Assembly: GCA_001600695.1 (NCBI GenBank)
Contig: BCKQ01000013.1
Location: forward strand, 2,045 to 66,044
Source of the DNA: Ascoidea asiatica JCM 7603
Lineage: Eukaryota > Fungi > Ascomycota
Length of the DNA stretch: 64,000 nt
Direction of reading: 5' to 3'
Position 1 is the stretch's first letter. Each line of letters starts with the position of its first letter. Of the stretch, positions 1-12,500 are shown one piece after another. Both the position numbers and the translations under genes were made by a program. The notes under the pieces are model-generated. The model did no database searches. It had not been told where the DNA came from and saw nothing but the letters and a program-made list of their open reading frames with translations.

Positions 1-1487
1 TATTTTTTATATAATTTTTATATATTTTATATTTTAATTAACAATTGTTTATAATTTGAATTAGATATCTTCTTAGTAATAATTAGATATTTCGTTCGAA
101 CTACAATCAAGGGCAAGGGTGCAGCTCCGAAGCAACATGTGAAACATCCCCTTCCACAAGGGTTTTCTAGAAGCATACCGCAAAAAGCTGGCTAATATTT
201 CTAGGTCAGATGTCTGAGTCCGGAATCCTGCCGAAGAAGCTCTTAACTTGACTTCTTATATCAATAAAAAGTTAAGTTTCCTATTCTTGATTAGAATTTT
301 TATTTACTTTCATATAAGTGTAAAATCCCTAGTGTTATCCAATATTCGTATTCACTGATTTTTATTCATGGAAGATTGTTTTCTAATAAGTTATAACTTC
401 TGAAAAACTATTTATTTAGAGTCAGTTAACTTCGAAAAATATCCCTCAAAACTTCTCAATACTTGAGAAGTATTCGTCCTTTTTTATTTACACTAAATCA
501 AAACCGGAATAACTATCAAAAGAATATTCTCAACGATATCCTTCGATAATCTTTTCTTGTTTTCTAGTTCTTTCTTTTTCTTTGATTTATAAATTATAAT
601 TACTGATAATTTTTTTACTATTGAATTGAACTCCCATCTATCCATAAAAGCTTGTAATCCCCATTCAATATAATTCACTTCAACTTCAAATTAATTAAAT
701 CGCAGTCACTATCCTTCTGCAAATCCTTGAAAGGCTATAACCTTCTAATATTAATAGAATAGATTCTGATTAATGGTAATGGAAAAACTATTTTATATAC
801 TTAGAAAATTCTGTCTTAGACTTTCATCTTAAACTTTATAAACTTTACTCAAAATTCCCACTTTTTTTTAAAAAAATATTATCAAATAAAAACTTCATTT
901 ATTTTAGATAAATGATCAAATTATAAGTTTACCAATTAATATATTGTTTTTCATTATTTTAGATCTGATCTAAGAAAAATACTTGATTTTTTCTATCAAA
1001 TTGTCTATCTCCCCGCGTTATATTCATCATTTTTGATAAAATAGAGCTAAGTTGATTTATTAATGATTTGTTTATGTTTCTCGTTCAATGCCTAAGCTGT
1101 TCTAATTCTCCTCAAAAGTTGGGATCCGGATTATGTTTTTAAAAGTTCAAAATTAAATTAATTTAACCAATAAGAAAATAATTAGAATTATAAAAGTAAG
1201 TAGAATAGTTTAGAATATTGAAATATTATGGAAATATCAAGGGATGAGATAATTTAGACAAATTTAAGTAAAATATTATACTTAAAGATGAGCAATTTGT
1301 AACAAATAAGTAAATGGAAACTTAAGTTAGTTGAATGAATTGATTAGATTAAAAGATTTTAAAATAAAATTAAAAGTTTCTTGAAATTTATTAAAATTAT
1401 TTATATAATTATATATATATAAGTTTGAAGTAATCCATTAATGAATTAAATCATAACTAAAGCATCATTATTATATTGGATATAAAA

Positions 1488-1577
1488 TTATTTGCAACAA
1501 GATGAAGATTCACAAGATGAGCAATTTTCAGCACATTCACAAGTGGATTTACTACAGCAAGCACATTCTTTAGCCAT
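1488..1577 (-). CDS. Small fungal metallothionein MT-A, 29 aa: MAKECACCSKSTCECAENCSSCESSSCCK
   Basis: Hand translation: aaaaATG context, 9 Cys in CxC/CC/CxxC motifs, no aromatic residues, TAA stop. The paralog at 43204 keeps the Cys positions despite 14/90 nt differences. Below the ORF-track size cutoff. Confidence 0.9.
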   Translation of the reverse strand: MAKECACCSKSTCECAENCSSCESSSCCK

Positions 1578-2490
1578 TTTTAGATAAGGGGGTTTAAGAT
1601 AATTAAATAAGATAATTGATTGATTGATTAATTGATTAATTGATTGATTGATTGATTAATTGATTGATTTAATGAATTTAAATGAGAAAAGACATAAAAA
1701 AGAAGAGAAAATGGTTAAATTTATATCATTTTTCAACTAGAAAAATTGCAAGTTTGTACTAATCAAATCTAATTCTTTTATTATCAATATCCAATTATTG
1801 TATTGTATCATTATGATATTTTTTTATTTACAAAAAAAATCAGGTCAGAGTTAAAAAAGATTTTTTAAAAGATGATTATTAAGTAGTAATTAACTTTATT
1901 TGGCAGGCAATGAGAGAAAAATATTTTAAATTACTTAATTTTATTCAATTTTATTTAATTTTATTCAATTTTATTTAATTTTATTCAATTTTATTTAATT
2001 TTATAAAAATATAAGCGAAATGAACATAATCATTTAACCAATAAGATTCATCTCCTTCAAAGATATTTTTGATAATTGAGAACTTCAAAGGCAAAATTGG
2101 TGACAGACTAGATAAAAGGTTTGTTTTTTGATTACTTCTTTTCAATTCTTTCTATTTCTTTTAATTATTGTAATGACATTGAATGAATATTGATCCATTT
2201 GAAACAATCAGATAAAGAGTTTGTAGAGAGTTTGAAAAGAAGCTGTAAAGATTTTGTAAACAATTATCTGTTCTTGCGGATTGGGATAACCGTTGAAAAG
2301 AGTTCCAAGAGTTTGAACAGTTCAAACTTAGAAGAAGTAAAATAATCAAGGGAAACGAACACTTTCTTTTTAGATTATTTCAGTTGTAATCTAAGAAAAT
2401 TTCAGATATTTAAATGTTTTATAAATAATTTAGATTCAAAAGATAAAGATGGTTTTATTATCTTTATCTTTCTCTTTATTTTTCTTCAAA

Positions 2491-2516
2491 AAAGCAGCAT
2501 TTTCTGCTGTCGCTGC
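2491..2516. promoter_or_regulatory. Cluster of Ace1/Cup2-type copper-response-like GCTG elements upstream of MT-A
   Basis: TTTCTGCTGT at 2501-2510 fits HTHnnGCTGD, with adjacent TGTCGCTG and an opposite-strand GCTG. Conserved in copy B (42303-42330) within a diverged promoter. Confidence 0.55.
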
Positions 2517-2910
2517 GTGAGGACCGGTAATCAGTTCCCCTTCACCAATGTTTGCCCTCGGACATTGCCACGTGCATTACTTTTCTTTAAGTTCTAGTCT
2601 CGCGAGGACCCTTTTTTAACAGGAACAAAAAATAGAATAAGAAGAGCAACCGATTTATATACAATTATCCGCAACAAGATGTCAGTCTTAGCTTATAACA
2701 TAATATATAAATATATACATTTTTATATATGCAACTATCTCTTGAAGATCCATAAGAAAACCATTAAAAAACTCTAATTATAAAAAAAAATATTTATCAA
2801 AACATTCAACAAAAGATCTACTTTAGACAACCTAAAACAATAAAATACATCCAAAAGATAAAAATCAACAAAGTTTAACAAAAATTCATTATTTTATGAT
2901 ATTTTTATGG

Positions 2911-3615
2911 TTATACTACATTAACCGATGAAAGTAAATCATTGACTTTATAAATTAACGTATGATATTCTTTAGCTTTATTATTTGAAACAAAAATATA
3001 ATTATTTTCAAAACCTTTTTTTTAAATTTTCATTTCTCATAATTTTCAAAAAATCATCTTCACATACTATTTTAGTTAAACTTTTCTCTTCTTTATCATT
3101 TTTATTTTCACTTTCATTTTCATTTTTAGTTTCTCTTTTTTGTTCTTGTTCTTGTTCTTGTTCTTGTTCTTGTTTTTTTGAAAATTTAGGTGATCTTGGA
3201 GGTGAAAAAAATCCAATTTTATTCATTGTATTAAAAGAATTATCAAAACTTAGCTTTCTTCTTTTATTATTATTATCATCTGTCAATTTTTCTCTATCTA
3301 ATTTAATTTCACTTTCAATATTACTTTTAGTTCTAGTTGGCGTACAATCTGGGGTCGATATTTCATAATTTTTTCTCTTGATTTCCTTGGCTCTAACTTT
3401 CTTTCTTTCCAACCTTTTTAGGCTTATGCTTGATTTCTTCTTTATGGATTTCAATTGATTGTTCAGATTCAATAAGACTTTTTAATGTTTTAATTCTATC
3501 CATGATATATCACAAATTCCTTTATAAACTTCACAAATTATTTCTCCTTGTTCTTCATTAATTTCTTGATTAATTATACTTTCATATAGTTCAAATTCAA
3601 TAATGCCTTCAAATT
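2911..3615 (-). pseudogene. 5'-truncated duplicate of the JHD2 C-terminal coding region
   Basis: Translates to EEQGEIICEVYKGICDISW and ISTPDCTPTRTKS...KIVCEDDFLKIMRNENLKK, matching the JHD2 tail. It has frame disruptions (stop near 3482; A8 vs A7 run near 3016-3023) and no JmjC or 5' part. This explains track ORF 3008..3472. Confidence 0.9.
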
Positions 3616-3738
3616 TTTATAATATTTTAAAATATAATTATTAGTTTCTAGAGATAAATCATAACAATAAATTTTATTATTAGTATTATTAAGTTACAGT
3701 ATCACTAAAAACAATGGAAAATAGAAATATGTGATTGA

Positions 3739-6360
3739 TCATTTATATTTTATTGATACAATTAAATTATTACCATAGTCATGTTTGAATTTAACACCCT
3801 TCTTACGTTTTCTTCCTCTTCTCCTAGTGACAACAATATCACCATTATCAACTCCATTGTTAAAAAAATTATTATTATTATTATTATTAATATTATTATT
3901 ATTATTGAATTCATTATTAATTGCAGATGAATTTTGTGCGTTGAAATTATTAATAATTAAGCTTTCATCCAGATCACCTAATCCCAGAACATCATCATCG
4001 TCCTCATCTTCATCATCATCTTCTTCATTTTCATCTTCAAGATCTTCTTCCTCATCTTCTTCTTCATCTAATATTTTCAGACTTCTATTACTTCTTCCTC
4101 TTTTATTTCTATGTTTTATGGATGAATCTAATCCATTTGAATTTCCATAATTTTCATTATTATTATTGTTATTAATCATAATTCCATTATTATTATTATT
4201 ATTATTTTCATTATTATCATTTCCATTGTCTCCTTTTACTTTATTTCCAGAGTCATTATTATTATTATCTAATTCATCATTTTCAATTTCTATTCGATCT
4301 TTATTAAATTTTTTTTTATTTTTAATTCGTATCATTTTTATATATGGTTCTTTTTCTTCTTCATAATAATCATAATAATCTTCAATATTATCATTTAATG
4401 AAATACCTCCAGGTAAAATTGAATTAGGTACTGGAGTTCTAAAAGTTCTTGGAATTTCATTTAAATCTGGTAATGTTGGTAATCCTCTTCTATTAAATAC
4501 TCTACCAGCTGTTCTTCTTTTACGTCTACTTTCTCTTTCTCTATCTTTTTCTAATTTTTCTAATTCAAAAAAATCAATATTTTTTAAAACTGGTGTAAAT
4601 TCATTAATTTCTTTAATATTTCTGAAAATATTACCATTAGATGAAGAAACAACTGGTAAAAAATGTCTTTTGATTTCTTCTTCTTTAACCATTTCTCCAT
4701 TAAATTCATAACCAACTAAATATAAAGATTTTGTATATAATTGACATTGTTCTCTAATTGAATGAGCAATAGCTGTTGTAAATTCAGGAGGTAAAGCTAA
4801 TTCTGCAGTTAAAGTTTCTGCAAATTCTTCTGGATTATTTAATTTATTATTTAAATCCCATTCAATTTGATCAATATATTGATTATTTGAAATTGTAATA
4901 TCAAATTTTATTAAAATTCTTAAATCTTTTTCATTATTATCTTTACTTTTTCTACCAGGTATTGAAGTATCATAATTTCCATAATTATTATCGGTTTCAT
5001 AAATTTCTTTTTCTGAATCTATATCTATATCCGAAGGTAATGAAAAGTTTTTATTTTTATTTGAGTTCTTATTTTTGATTTTATTTTGATTTTGAATTGA
5101 ATTATCATTATAAACAAAAGAATGATAATCGTTAATTTGTTCTTTAACATTATTTAAAACAATATCATAAAAATTTTTATTTGTTAATTTATAATCATCT
5201 AATAATAAATTAATAAAATAATCTAATGGAATTAAGTCTTCATTTAAATTCCAAGTAAAGGTATCTCTTAATCTAAATTTATCTTTTTCAACATCAAATT
5301 CTAATCTTATCGGTATTAATTCATCATCATTGGTACTGCTATTATTAAATTTTTGAAATTGTTTAAATTTTGAAATATAATGATCATTAATTTTTGAAAA
5401 ATTTTTAATATGTAAAGAATCAGAATTTGGTAAAATTATTGTTGTTTTTGTATTTGTAAAATTATTACCATAACCTTTATAACCATCACCCCAAATATTT
5501 TTTGAATTAATATTAAAATTATTTAAATTATTTGAATCATTTAAATTTTTTGAATTATTTATACTTAACATTCTTTTTTGTTTTAATTGATTATAATATT
5601 GTAAATTATTTTCTAAATTTTTAAATAATTCAACATTTAATTTTATATTTGGATCATCTTGTAAATTTTGTTTTTTATTTGGATCAAAATATTTAAAAAC
5701 ATTTTTATCACGATGAATAATTTGTTTATAAAATAATAAATCTGAATTTGGTTTTGAAATTTCTAAATAATTTTTTTTATTTAATTTACTTAAACTACTT
5801 ATTTCTTTGAAATTAAAAGAAGTTATATTATTATTTACACTTGAAGTTGAAGATGAAGATGAAGTTTGATTTGGATTTGGAAGGGATAATGGACTTGAAT
5901 TATTACCATTATTATTAATATTGTTATTACTCATTTTATTATTGTTAATATTAGTCTTTTTGCTATTAGTATTTATATTATTGATATTATTGATATTATT
6001 AGCATTAATAGTATTATTGTTAACGTTATTGTTAATTTTATTTAGGTTACTAATATTATTGAAGTTATTTTGATTTTGAATTAAATTTGGATTTAAATTT
6101 TGAGTACGAAGTTGAGAACGTAGTTGAGCTTGAGCCCGTAGTTGAGCTTGGGCTTGGGCTTGGGCTTGAGCTTGAGCTTGTAACTGAGCTTGTTGTAAAT
6201 GTAAGGGAAAACTACCTATTGGTACATTTGGATTAAGATTGACGTTATTTGAGTTAATATTATTTAGATTATTTAGATTTATATTATTGTAAACATTATT
6301 GTTATTATTGTTGTTGTTATTATTGCTAGTATTGTTATTAGGTAACTGATTTCTATTCAT
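3739..6360 (-). CDS. SNF5: SWI/SNF chromatin-remodelling subunit Snf5
   Basis: Two SNF5 repeats (LIPIRLEFDVEKDKFRLRDTFTWN; DQIEWDL...PEEFAETLTAELALPPEFTTAIAHSIREQ), a GYxGYGN motif and an N/Q-rich N-terminus. First ATG is at 6360; the track start is a TTG. Confidence 0.95.
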   Translation of the reverse strand: MNRNQLPNNNTSNNNNNNNNNNVYNNINLNNLNNINSNNVNLNPNVPIGSFPLHLQQAQLQAQAQAQAQAQAQLRAQAQLRSQLRTQNLNPNLIQNQNNFNNISNLNKINNNVNNNTINANNINNINNINTNSKKTNINNNKMSNNNINNNGNNSSPLSLPNPNQTSSSSSTSSVNNNITSFNFKEISSLSKLNKKNYLEISKPNSDLLFYKQIIHRDKNVFKYFDPNKKQNLQDDPNIKLNVELFKNLENNLQYYNQLKQKRMLSINNSKNLNDSNNLNNFNINSKNIWGDGYKGYGNNFTNTKTTIILPNSDSLHIKNFSKINDHYISKFKQFQKFNNSSTNDDELIPIRLEFDVEKDKFRLRDTFTWNLNEDLIPLDYFINLLLDDYKLTNKNFYDIVLNNVKEQINDYHSFVYNDNSIQNQNKIKNKNSNKNKNFSLPSDIDIDSEKEIYETDNNYGNYDTSIPGRKSKDNNEKDLRILIKFDITISNNQYIDQIEWDLNNKLNNPEEFAETLTAELALPPEFTTAIAHSIREQCQLYTKSLYLVGYEFNGEMVKEEEIKRHFLPVVSSSNGNIFRNIKEINEFTPVLKNIDFFELEKLEKDRERESRRKRRTAGRVFNRRGLPTLPDLNEIPRTFRTPVPNSILPGGISLNDNIEDYYDYYEEEKEPYIKMIRIKNKKKFNKDRIEIENDELDNNNNDSGNKVKGDNGNDNNENNNNNNNGIMINNNNNNENYGNSNGLDSSIKHRNKRGRSNRSLKILDEEEDEEEDLEDENEEDDDEDEDDDDVLGLGDLDESLIINNFNAQNSSAINNEFNNNNNINNNNNNNFFNNGVDNGDIVVTRRRGRKRKKGVKFKHDYGNNLIVSIKYK

Positions 6361-6636
6361 TTTAGTTTTATTCAATTAAGATATTATTATAATTATCAGA
6401 TTATTTAATTCTCATAAACTTGGAAAAGTAATTATTTCTTAAAGAATATGAATATGAATATATTATATGAATATGAATATTGATTAATTGATTGATTGAT
6501 TGATTGATTAAAACTACTTCGGTAAAAAAATAAGAATAATTTTGGTGTTGTTTTGAATAAAAGAATTTTACAGGAATTGGTGAAAATACGCCACTGCCGG
6601 GCAGTGTACAGACATACATAACAAGCATAACTCCTG

Positions 6637-6668
6637 GCTGAGTCAGCAAAGGGTGTAATATTACGTCA
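6637..6668. promoter_or_regulatory. bZIP-type sites upstream of SNF5 (GCTGAGTCAGC and TTACGTCA)
   Basis: AP-1/Gcn4 core TGAGTCA at 6639-6645 and a CRE-like TTACGTCA at 6661-6668, in a locally GC-richer patch. Motif match only. Confidence 0.35.
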
Positions 6669-6792
6669 GCAACAATAAAAGTAACTTTGTCTACACAGTA
6701 TATTAATATTTATCTATGAATGTGAATTATACTTTTATATGTTTATATTTTTATGTTTATATTTTTTATTGTTCATTGAATGTATGTTTTGA

Positions 6793-8238
6793 TCATGATC
6801 TATAATCACCATTGATAGTAACATAATCATGAGTTAAATCACAAGTCCAAAACTTAGAAGAAAAACCTTTACCAGTACCTAAATTAACATTAATTGTTAA
6901 ATCTTCAAATTCTAAAATCTCTTTTGCTCTATTTTCATCAACAATTTCAGGTTCACCATTAATTAATAAATTTAAAGGTTTTGAACCATCTTGTGGTATG
7001 AAACTTAAACTTGTTTTATTTGGTATAATATCTTCAACATCAGAATAACCAATTGCACATAAAATTCTACCCCAATTTGCATCTTTACCATATAAAGCAG
7101 TTTTAACTAAATTTGAATTTGCAATTGAAGAAGCAATTTTTTTTGCAGATTCATCATTTGAAGCATCTTCAATATTAATTGTGACAAATTTTGTTGCACC
7201 TTCACCATCTCTAACTATTAAATGTGCTAAAGTTTGAGCAAATTCAGTAAATACATTTAATAAAATTTTATAATTATCTGAATTTATATCATTATCAGTT
7301 ATTATTGGACCACCTGCAGCACCATTTGATAAAGCAATAATTGAATCATTTGTTGACATATCACCATCAACGGAAATACAATTAAAAGATTTATTAGTTG
7401 CATAAGTTAAAATTTTTTTTAAAGTTGAAGAATTTATTGGTAAATCTGTTAAAAATAAAGCTAATAAAGTTGCCATATTTGGACAAATCATACCTGCACC
7501 TTTTGCAATTCCAGTTATTGAATAATCTATATTATTTAATTTAAAAGATTTTGAAATTAATTTTGGAAAAGTATCAGTTGTCATTATACCTTCAGCACAA
7601 TTTAACCAATTTTTATGATCTGAACCAAGATATTTATTTTTATTATTAAAAAATTCATCAATACCATTATAAATATTTTGCATTGGTAAATGTTGACCAA
7701 TTACACCAGTTGACATAACTAAAGTTGATAAATCATTTGGTTTTATATCATTTGGATTAATATTTTTATCAATTTTAGATGTAGATGTAGATACATTATT
7801 GACATTTTGATCAATATAATTTGAAGTTAATTTTGAATTATTATAACCTTTTAAACCAGTTACTGAATTTGCACAAGCACTATTAATTAAAATTGAATAA
7901 ATATTTTCACCATTTTTAAAATTTAAAATTTCTTTATCTAAAATTACAGGAGCCGCTTTAAATTTATTTGTTGTAAAACAACCTGCTGAATTACATGGTA
8001 AGTCAGATATTATTAAAGATAAATCATTTTTTAAATTATTTTTTTTTAAACCACAATTTAATGAACCAACTTTAAAAGATTTTGGATAATTTCCATTATT
8101 TGGAATATATTTTAGTTTATTTTTTGGATATGAATTTAAAATTAATGAATTTTTTATTGAAAATGATCTTGATTGGGATAGTAAATTAAAACTTTTCATG
8201 AATGTAGTTTTTTTGAAATTTGAAGAAATTGAAATCAT
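6793..8238 (-). CDS. ARG7: Mitochondrial ornithine acetyltransferase (ArgJ family)
   Basis: FTTNKFKAAPV, IMTTDTFPK, KGAGMICPNMATLL (autocleavage Thr), DGDMSTND, RDGEGATKF and WTCDLTHDYVTINGDYRS, plus a basic Ser-rich presequence. ATG at 8238; the track start is a TTG. Confidence 0.97.
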   Translation of the reverse strand: MISISSNFKKTTFMKSFNLLSQSRSFSIKNSLILNSYPKNKLKYIPNNGNYPKSFKVGSLNCGLKKNNLKNDLSLIISDLPCNSAGCFTTNKFKAAPVILDKEILNFKNGENIYSILINSACANSVTGLKGYNNSKLTSNYIDQNVNNVSTSTSKIDKNINPNDIKPNDLSTLVMSTGVIGQHLPMQNIYNGIDEFFNNKNKYLGSDHKNWLNCAEGIMTTDTFPKLISKSFKLNNIDYSITGIAKGAGMICPNMATLLALFLTDLPINSSTLKKILTYATNKSFNCISVDGDMSTNDSIIALSNGAAGGPIITDNDINSDNYKILLNVFTEFAQTLAHLIVRDGEGATKFVTINIEDASNDESAKKIASSIANSNLVKTALYGKDANWGRILCAIGYSDVEDIIPNKTSLSFIPQDGSKPLNLLINGEPEIVDENRAKEILEFEDLTINVNLGTGKGFSSKFWTCDLTHDYVTINGDYRS

Positions 8239-9506
8239 TTTGAATATTATTATCCTGTTCTTATTTGAAAAAGTAAATAAAAAAATTAAGAATAAAGTCA
8301 ATTATTAAATTAAACCAATTAGTTTTTTTTTGGCTTAGGTTTATTTCACTTTATCAGATTCAAAATTCAAAAATGAGTAATATTAATTGTTAATTTGTAT
8401 ACAAATCTCGATAAAGTTATTATTATCGATCAATGCTGTTTTTTTGGTGTGAAAAATATGAAAAATTTCGGAATTTCCTAATTTTGACACCGGTCAGATA
8501 TAAAATTATACTCACGTGTTTATTGTATCAAGTGCAAGTTACAGCGAATAAACTTTGAGCCGGAACTGGAATTAAAAGTTACCAACTCCTTGGAACCATG
8601 GATTTGATATTTCCGAATACGAGTTAAACAACGAAGAACGACAGAAATAGCGAAGAACGACAAGAGTGGGTTATTACTTCAACACATGGCGTGAAGCTAA
8701 ACGAGCACAGCATAAACACAAGCACAACAACAACACCAACCACAAGATATGCTCAAATCATAACAGTGGGTCATGTGATCAGTGAAGGAAGGGTAGTTGG
8801 TACTTCCTTTCTCTTTTTCCTTTCCCACAGCTGAAACAGGCTCAAGTTCTGCAAGTTCCAGAAACAGCAAAACCACCAAAAGCACCAGAAGCAGCACACT
8901 TGCCACTTGCCACTGGCTGAGAGAGTGAGTTGTGCGTGCAAAGCGAAAGTCTGTTTGGATCTTCTTTCTTTCTTCTTTCTTTCTTCTTCTTCTTCTTCTT
9001 CTTCTTTTTCTTCTGAATCCTAAACCTTTCACTGTCAAATTATTGCTGATTCCAAATTGTTATTCTCCTAACCTGCCAGAAAATACTAATAATATTCTAT
9101 TAAATCTCTATTATAAAAAATAAAATAATCAATCAAAATAGATAAAATAAAGATCAAATAAGAATCAGAAGTAAAATTAAAACTAGATTTAAAATGAAAT
9201 AATCGTAAATATAAAAAGTATTAATATCAACTATCAAATATCTAACATATTCATTATTTATTCAATATACACTAACTTATTTATCATTAGTCTGATATTC
9301 AGTACAAAATTATACTCCTAATCTATTAATTTATTAATCTTTAATACTTTTTTATTTTTTTTCTTTTAAAAGTTACTTAATATTACAAACAAGTAATATA
9401 TAATCAATCTATTCAAAATATTTCCTTAATATATTTATATAATATCTAATAATCACAACCATATTCTTTTTTTCAATTTTTAATCATAATATATTCAATA
9501 TTATTA

Positions 9507-12500
9507 ATGACTGAAAGAAATAAAATATCTCCAAATATTAATAAAGTTCAAAATAATCAACAAAATAATTCAAATAATCAAAATAATTCAAATAATTCAA
9601 ATAATATAAATGCTATTACAATGAAGGATCCTTCTCTTTTAGAAGATGCTTCAACTCTTTTAATGTTCTCAAATGCTGCCATTCTTAATTCTCATGTTCA
9701 ATCTCAATCTCAATCTCAATCTCAATCTCAAATTAAGAATCTGAATCTGAATATGAATCAACCTCATCAGCGTTATCCTTCAAATCATTCAGTTAATAGT
9801 AATTCAAATTCAAATTCAACTATAAGTAATGTTAATAATATAAATAATTTAAATAATCTAAATAATCTAAATAATTTAAGTAATATAAATAACTTAAATA
9901 ATTTCAGTAATATTCAAAATCCTCAAAATTATAATCAAGTTTTAAATCAAAATCAAAATCAGAATCAAAACCAGAATCAATTACCTCTTTTAGTATCATC
10001 TACTTCAATACCAAATAATAACAATAACAATAATAATAACAATAACATTAACATCAAAAAGCATACAACTTATCCAAATATATTATCTAATTCTAATTCT
10101 ATTTCTTCTCCATCTCCTCCTTTAACTTCTTTACTTCTTTCTTCTAATAAAACTATAAATAATAATAATAATAATTTAAATCAAAATATAAATCAAAATA
10201 TAAATCATTTTAATAATCATTCTTATCGTAATATAGTAAATAATACAAACTCAAATTCAAATACAAATACAACTAATATATCTAATAATAATTACAATAA
10301 TCATAATCATTCTCGTAATCATAGTAATCATCATTCTAATTCAAATCCAAATTCAAATTCAATAACTCCTTCACCTCCATTATCTAATACAAATAAATCA
10401 ATTCCTGGTCCTGCTTCAGCTGTTTTATTTTCAATCAATGATACAAATAATAATAATAACAATAATAACATTAGCAATGATAATAATGATATTAATAACA
10501 ATAATAAACTAAATCAATCAAATATTTATTCTTCCAATATTTTAAACTCAAGTTTTAATTCAAATTCCACTTTAACCGATAATAATAGTAATAATAACAA
10601 TAATAATAATAATTTATCTGTAAATTCTTCTTTATACAACTATAACCTAAGTAATCAAAGTCAGAACCAAATCCCAAATCAAAATCAAAATCAAAATCAA
10701 AATAAAAATACTTTTTTAAATAAATTTTCAACTTCTTTTATAAATAATCCTCAAAATTCTAATGATGATAAACAACATAATATTAATCTTATTAATAATA
10801 ATTATAATAATACTAATCATAATCGAAATCCAAATAATATTTCAAATTTATTAAATAATGATTCTAATATTTCTTCAAATAATAATATCAATAACATTAA
10901 TAAAAATAACAATTTTAATAATTTCAATAATTTTAATAATAGAAATAACATTAATAATATAAATAACATAAATAATATAAACAACATAAATAATTTGAAT
11001 AATATGAATAATTTAAATAATAATTCTCCACATACAAATGTTAAAGCTATAGTTGCAGCTGCAGCTTTAGCTGATGCTGCCGCTCAACCTTTACCTTTAA
11101 ATCATCATTTTCATTCTCACTCTCAATCTCAGCCTCAATCAAATCCAATTTCTCAACCTCAACCTCAACCTCAAATTCAACCTCAAATTCAATCAAATCG
11201 TTCAGTTTCTGCTCAATCAAGAATTAAAAAAAATGCTTTGGAAAATTTAATGAATCCAACAAATTCTTATATACATTCAACTTCTCCATCTCCTTCAATA
11301 ATACCAAATTTATCATTAAATCCAATAAATCAATTAAAAAACTCAATTAAATCTATCTCAACTATTCAACTTACTCAACCAATTCAACCTATTCAAACTT
11401 CAATGACTTTACAATCTATTCAACCAAATCAAGTTATTTCAAAATTATCTACTTCTCAAAATAATAAATCAAATAAGATTATTAAACCTTTAAAAGTAAC
11501 AAAATCTTCAAAACAACCTAAATCTGTTAAACCTCCAAAATCTATAAAACCTACAAAACCTAATAAATCAAAACAAGTAAAACAGATAAAACCTAATATC
11601 ATTACTCAAGATTCATCAAAAATTAATATTCAAAATTTTTTAAATAAAAATGACAAAGATAATAAAAATTTCAACAATCAGTCTTTGATCAATAATGAAA
11701 TTATTAGTAATAATAAAAGTTCAAATATAAATTTTATTCCACCATCTACTAATATTTCTACTTCTACAACTACCCATAATAATAATACTAATAATAATAG
11801 TAATGCCAAAAATTCAATAAAAAAAAATACTATAGCGAGCTTACTATCAAATAATTATTCAAGTGCGCCTGAGAATAAGTCACAACCATCAATTTCAACA
11901 CAACTACCAATTCAATCACAGTCCCAACTCAATACACAGACTCAAATGGAAAAACAAGTAGAGTTCAACATGCAAATACCTCAAAAGCAACAAGCTCATC
12001 AGTCAAATCAATTGTCAATATCTAATTTAATTTCACCATCTAATGATTATAATTACTTATCAAATGTGGTTAAAAATCAAGCATTAAAACAAGCTATGAA
12101 TCAATCATCGAATCAACCAATAAGTCAACCATCAATACAGGTACAAAATCAGGCACAAAATCAGGCACAAAATCAGAATCAAATATCAGAAAAAGTTTCA
12201 GGACAAGTTCCAAGCCAAATCAAAGTTTCAAATAAACCTCAAGTGATTAACGAAGCAAATGAGAATAAAATCACATTAACATCTAATTCTATTCAACCAT
12301 CGCTTTCTGTTTCAATACCGTTATCAAAAGCTGCTCAGAAAAATTTAATGAATCATGAAATTTTAAATATCAAACCTAAAGGAAAAGTAGCTAAAGCTAA
12401 GACTAAAAAAAGTAAAAAGAATGCAATCAGTAATTTAATTGATGATAATACTGACCTTAATTACTTAAAGCCCGTCGGTGAAAAAATTACTTTAGACATC

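Larger units (their letters stand above)
1149..3615 (-). repeat. Inverted segmental duplication, copy A (JHD2 3' end + metallothionein promoter + metallothionein + 3' flank)
   Basis: The reverse complement aligns by eye to ~41120-43680. For example, 2804-3250 matches 41520-41959 with 2 substitutions and 2 indels, and 1149-1250 matches 43580-43680. Boundaries are approximate. Confidence 0.95.

Noticed and set aside
1149-3615. LTRs or transposon terminal inverted repeats
   Set aside because: The repeats consist of host gene sequence. No TG..CA LTR ends, transposase or gag-pol were seen.
2985-4366. Track ORFs 2985..3368, 3785..4150, 4166..4366 and similar poly-Leu/Ile/Ser ORFs elsewhere
   Set aside because: Antisense or off-frame shadows of Asn/Glu/Asp-rich coding sequence.
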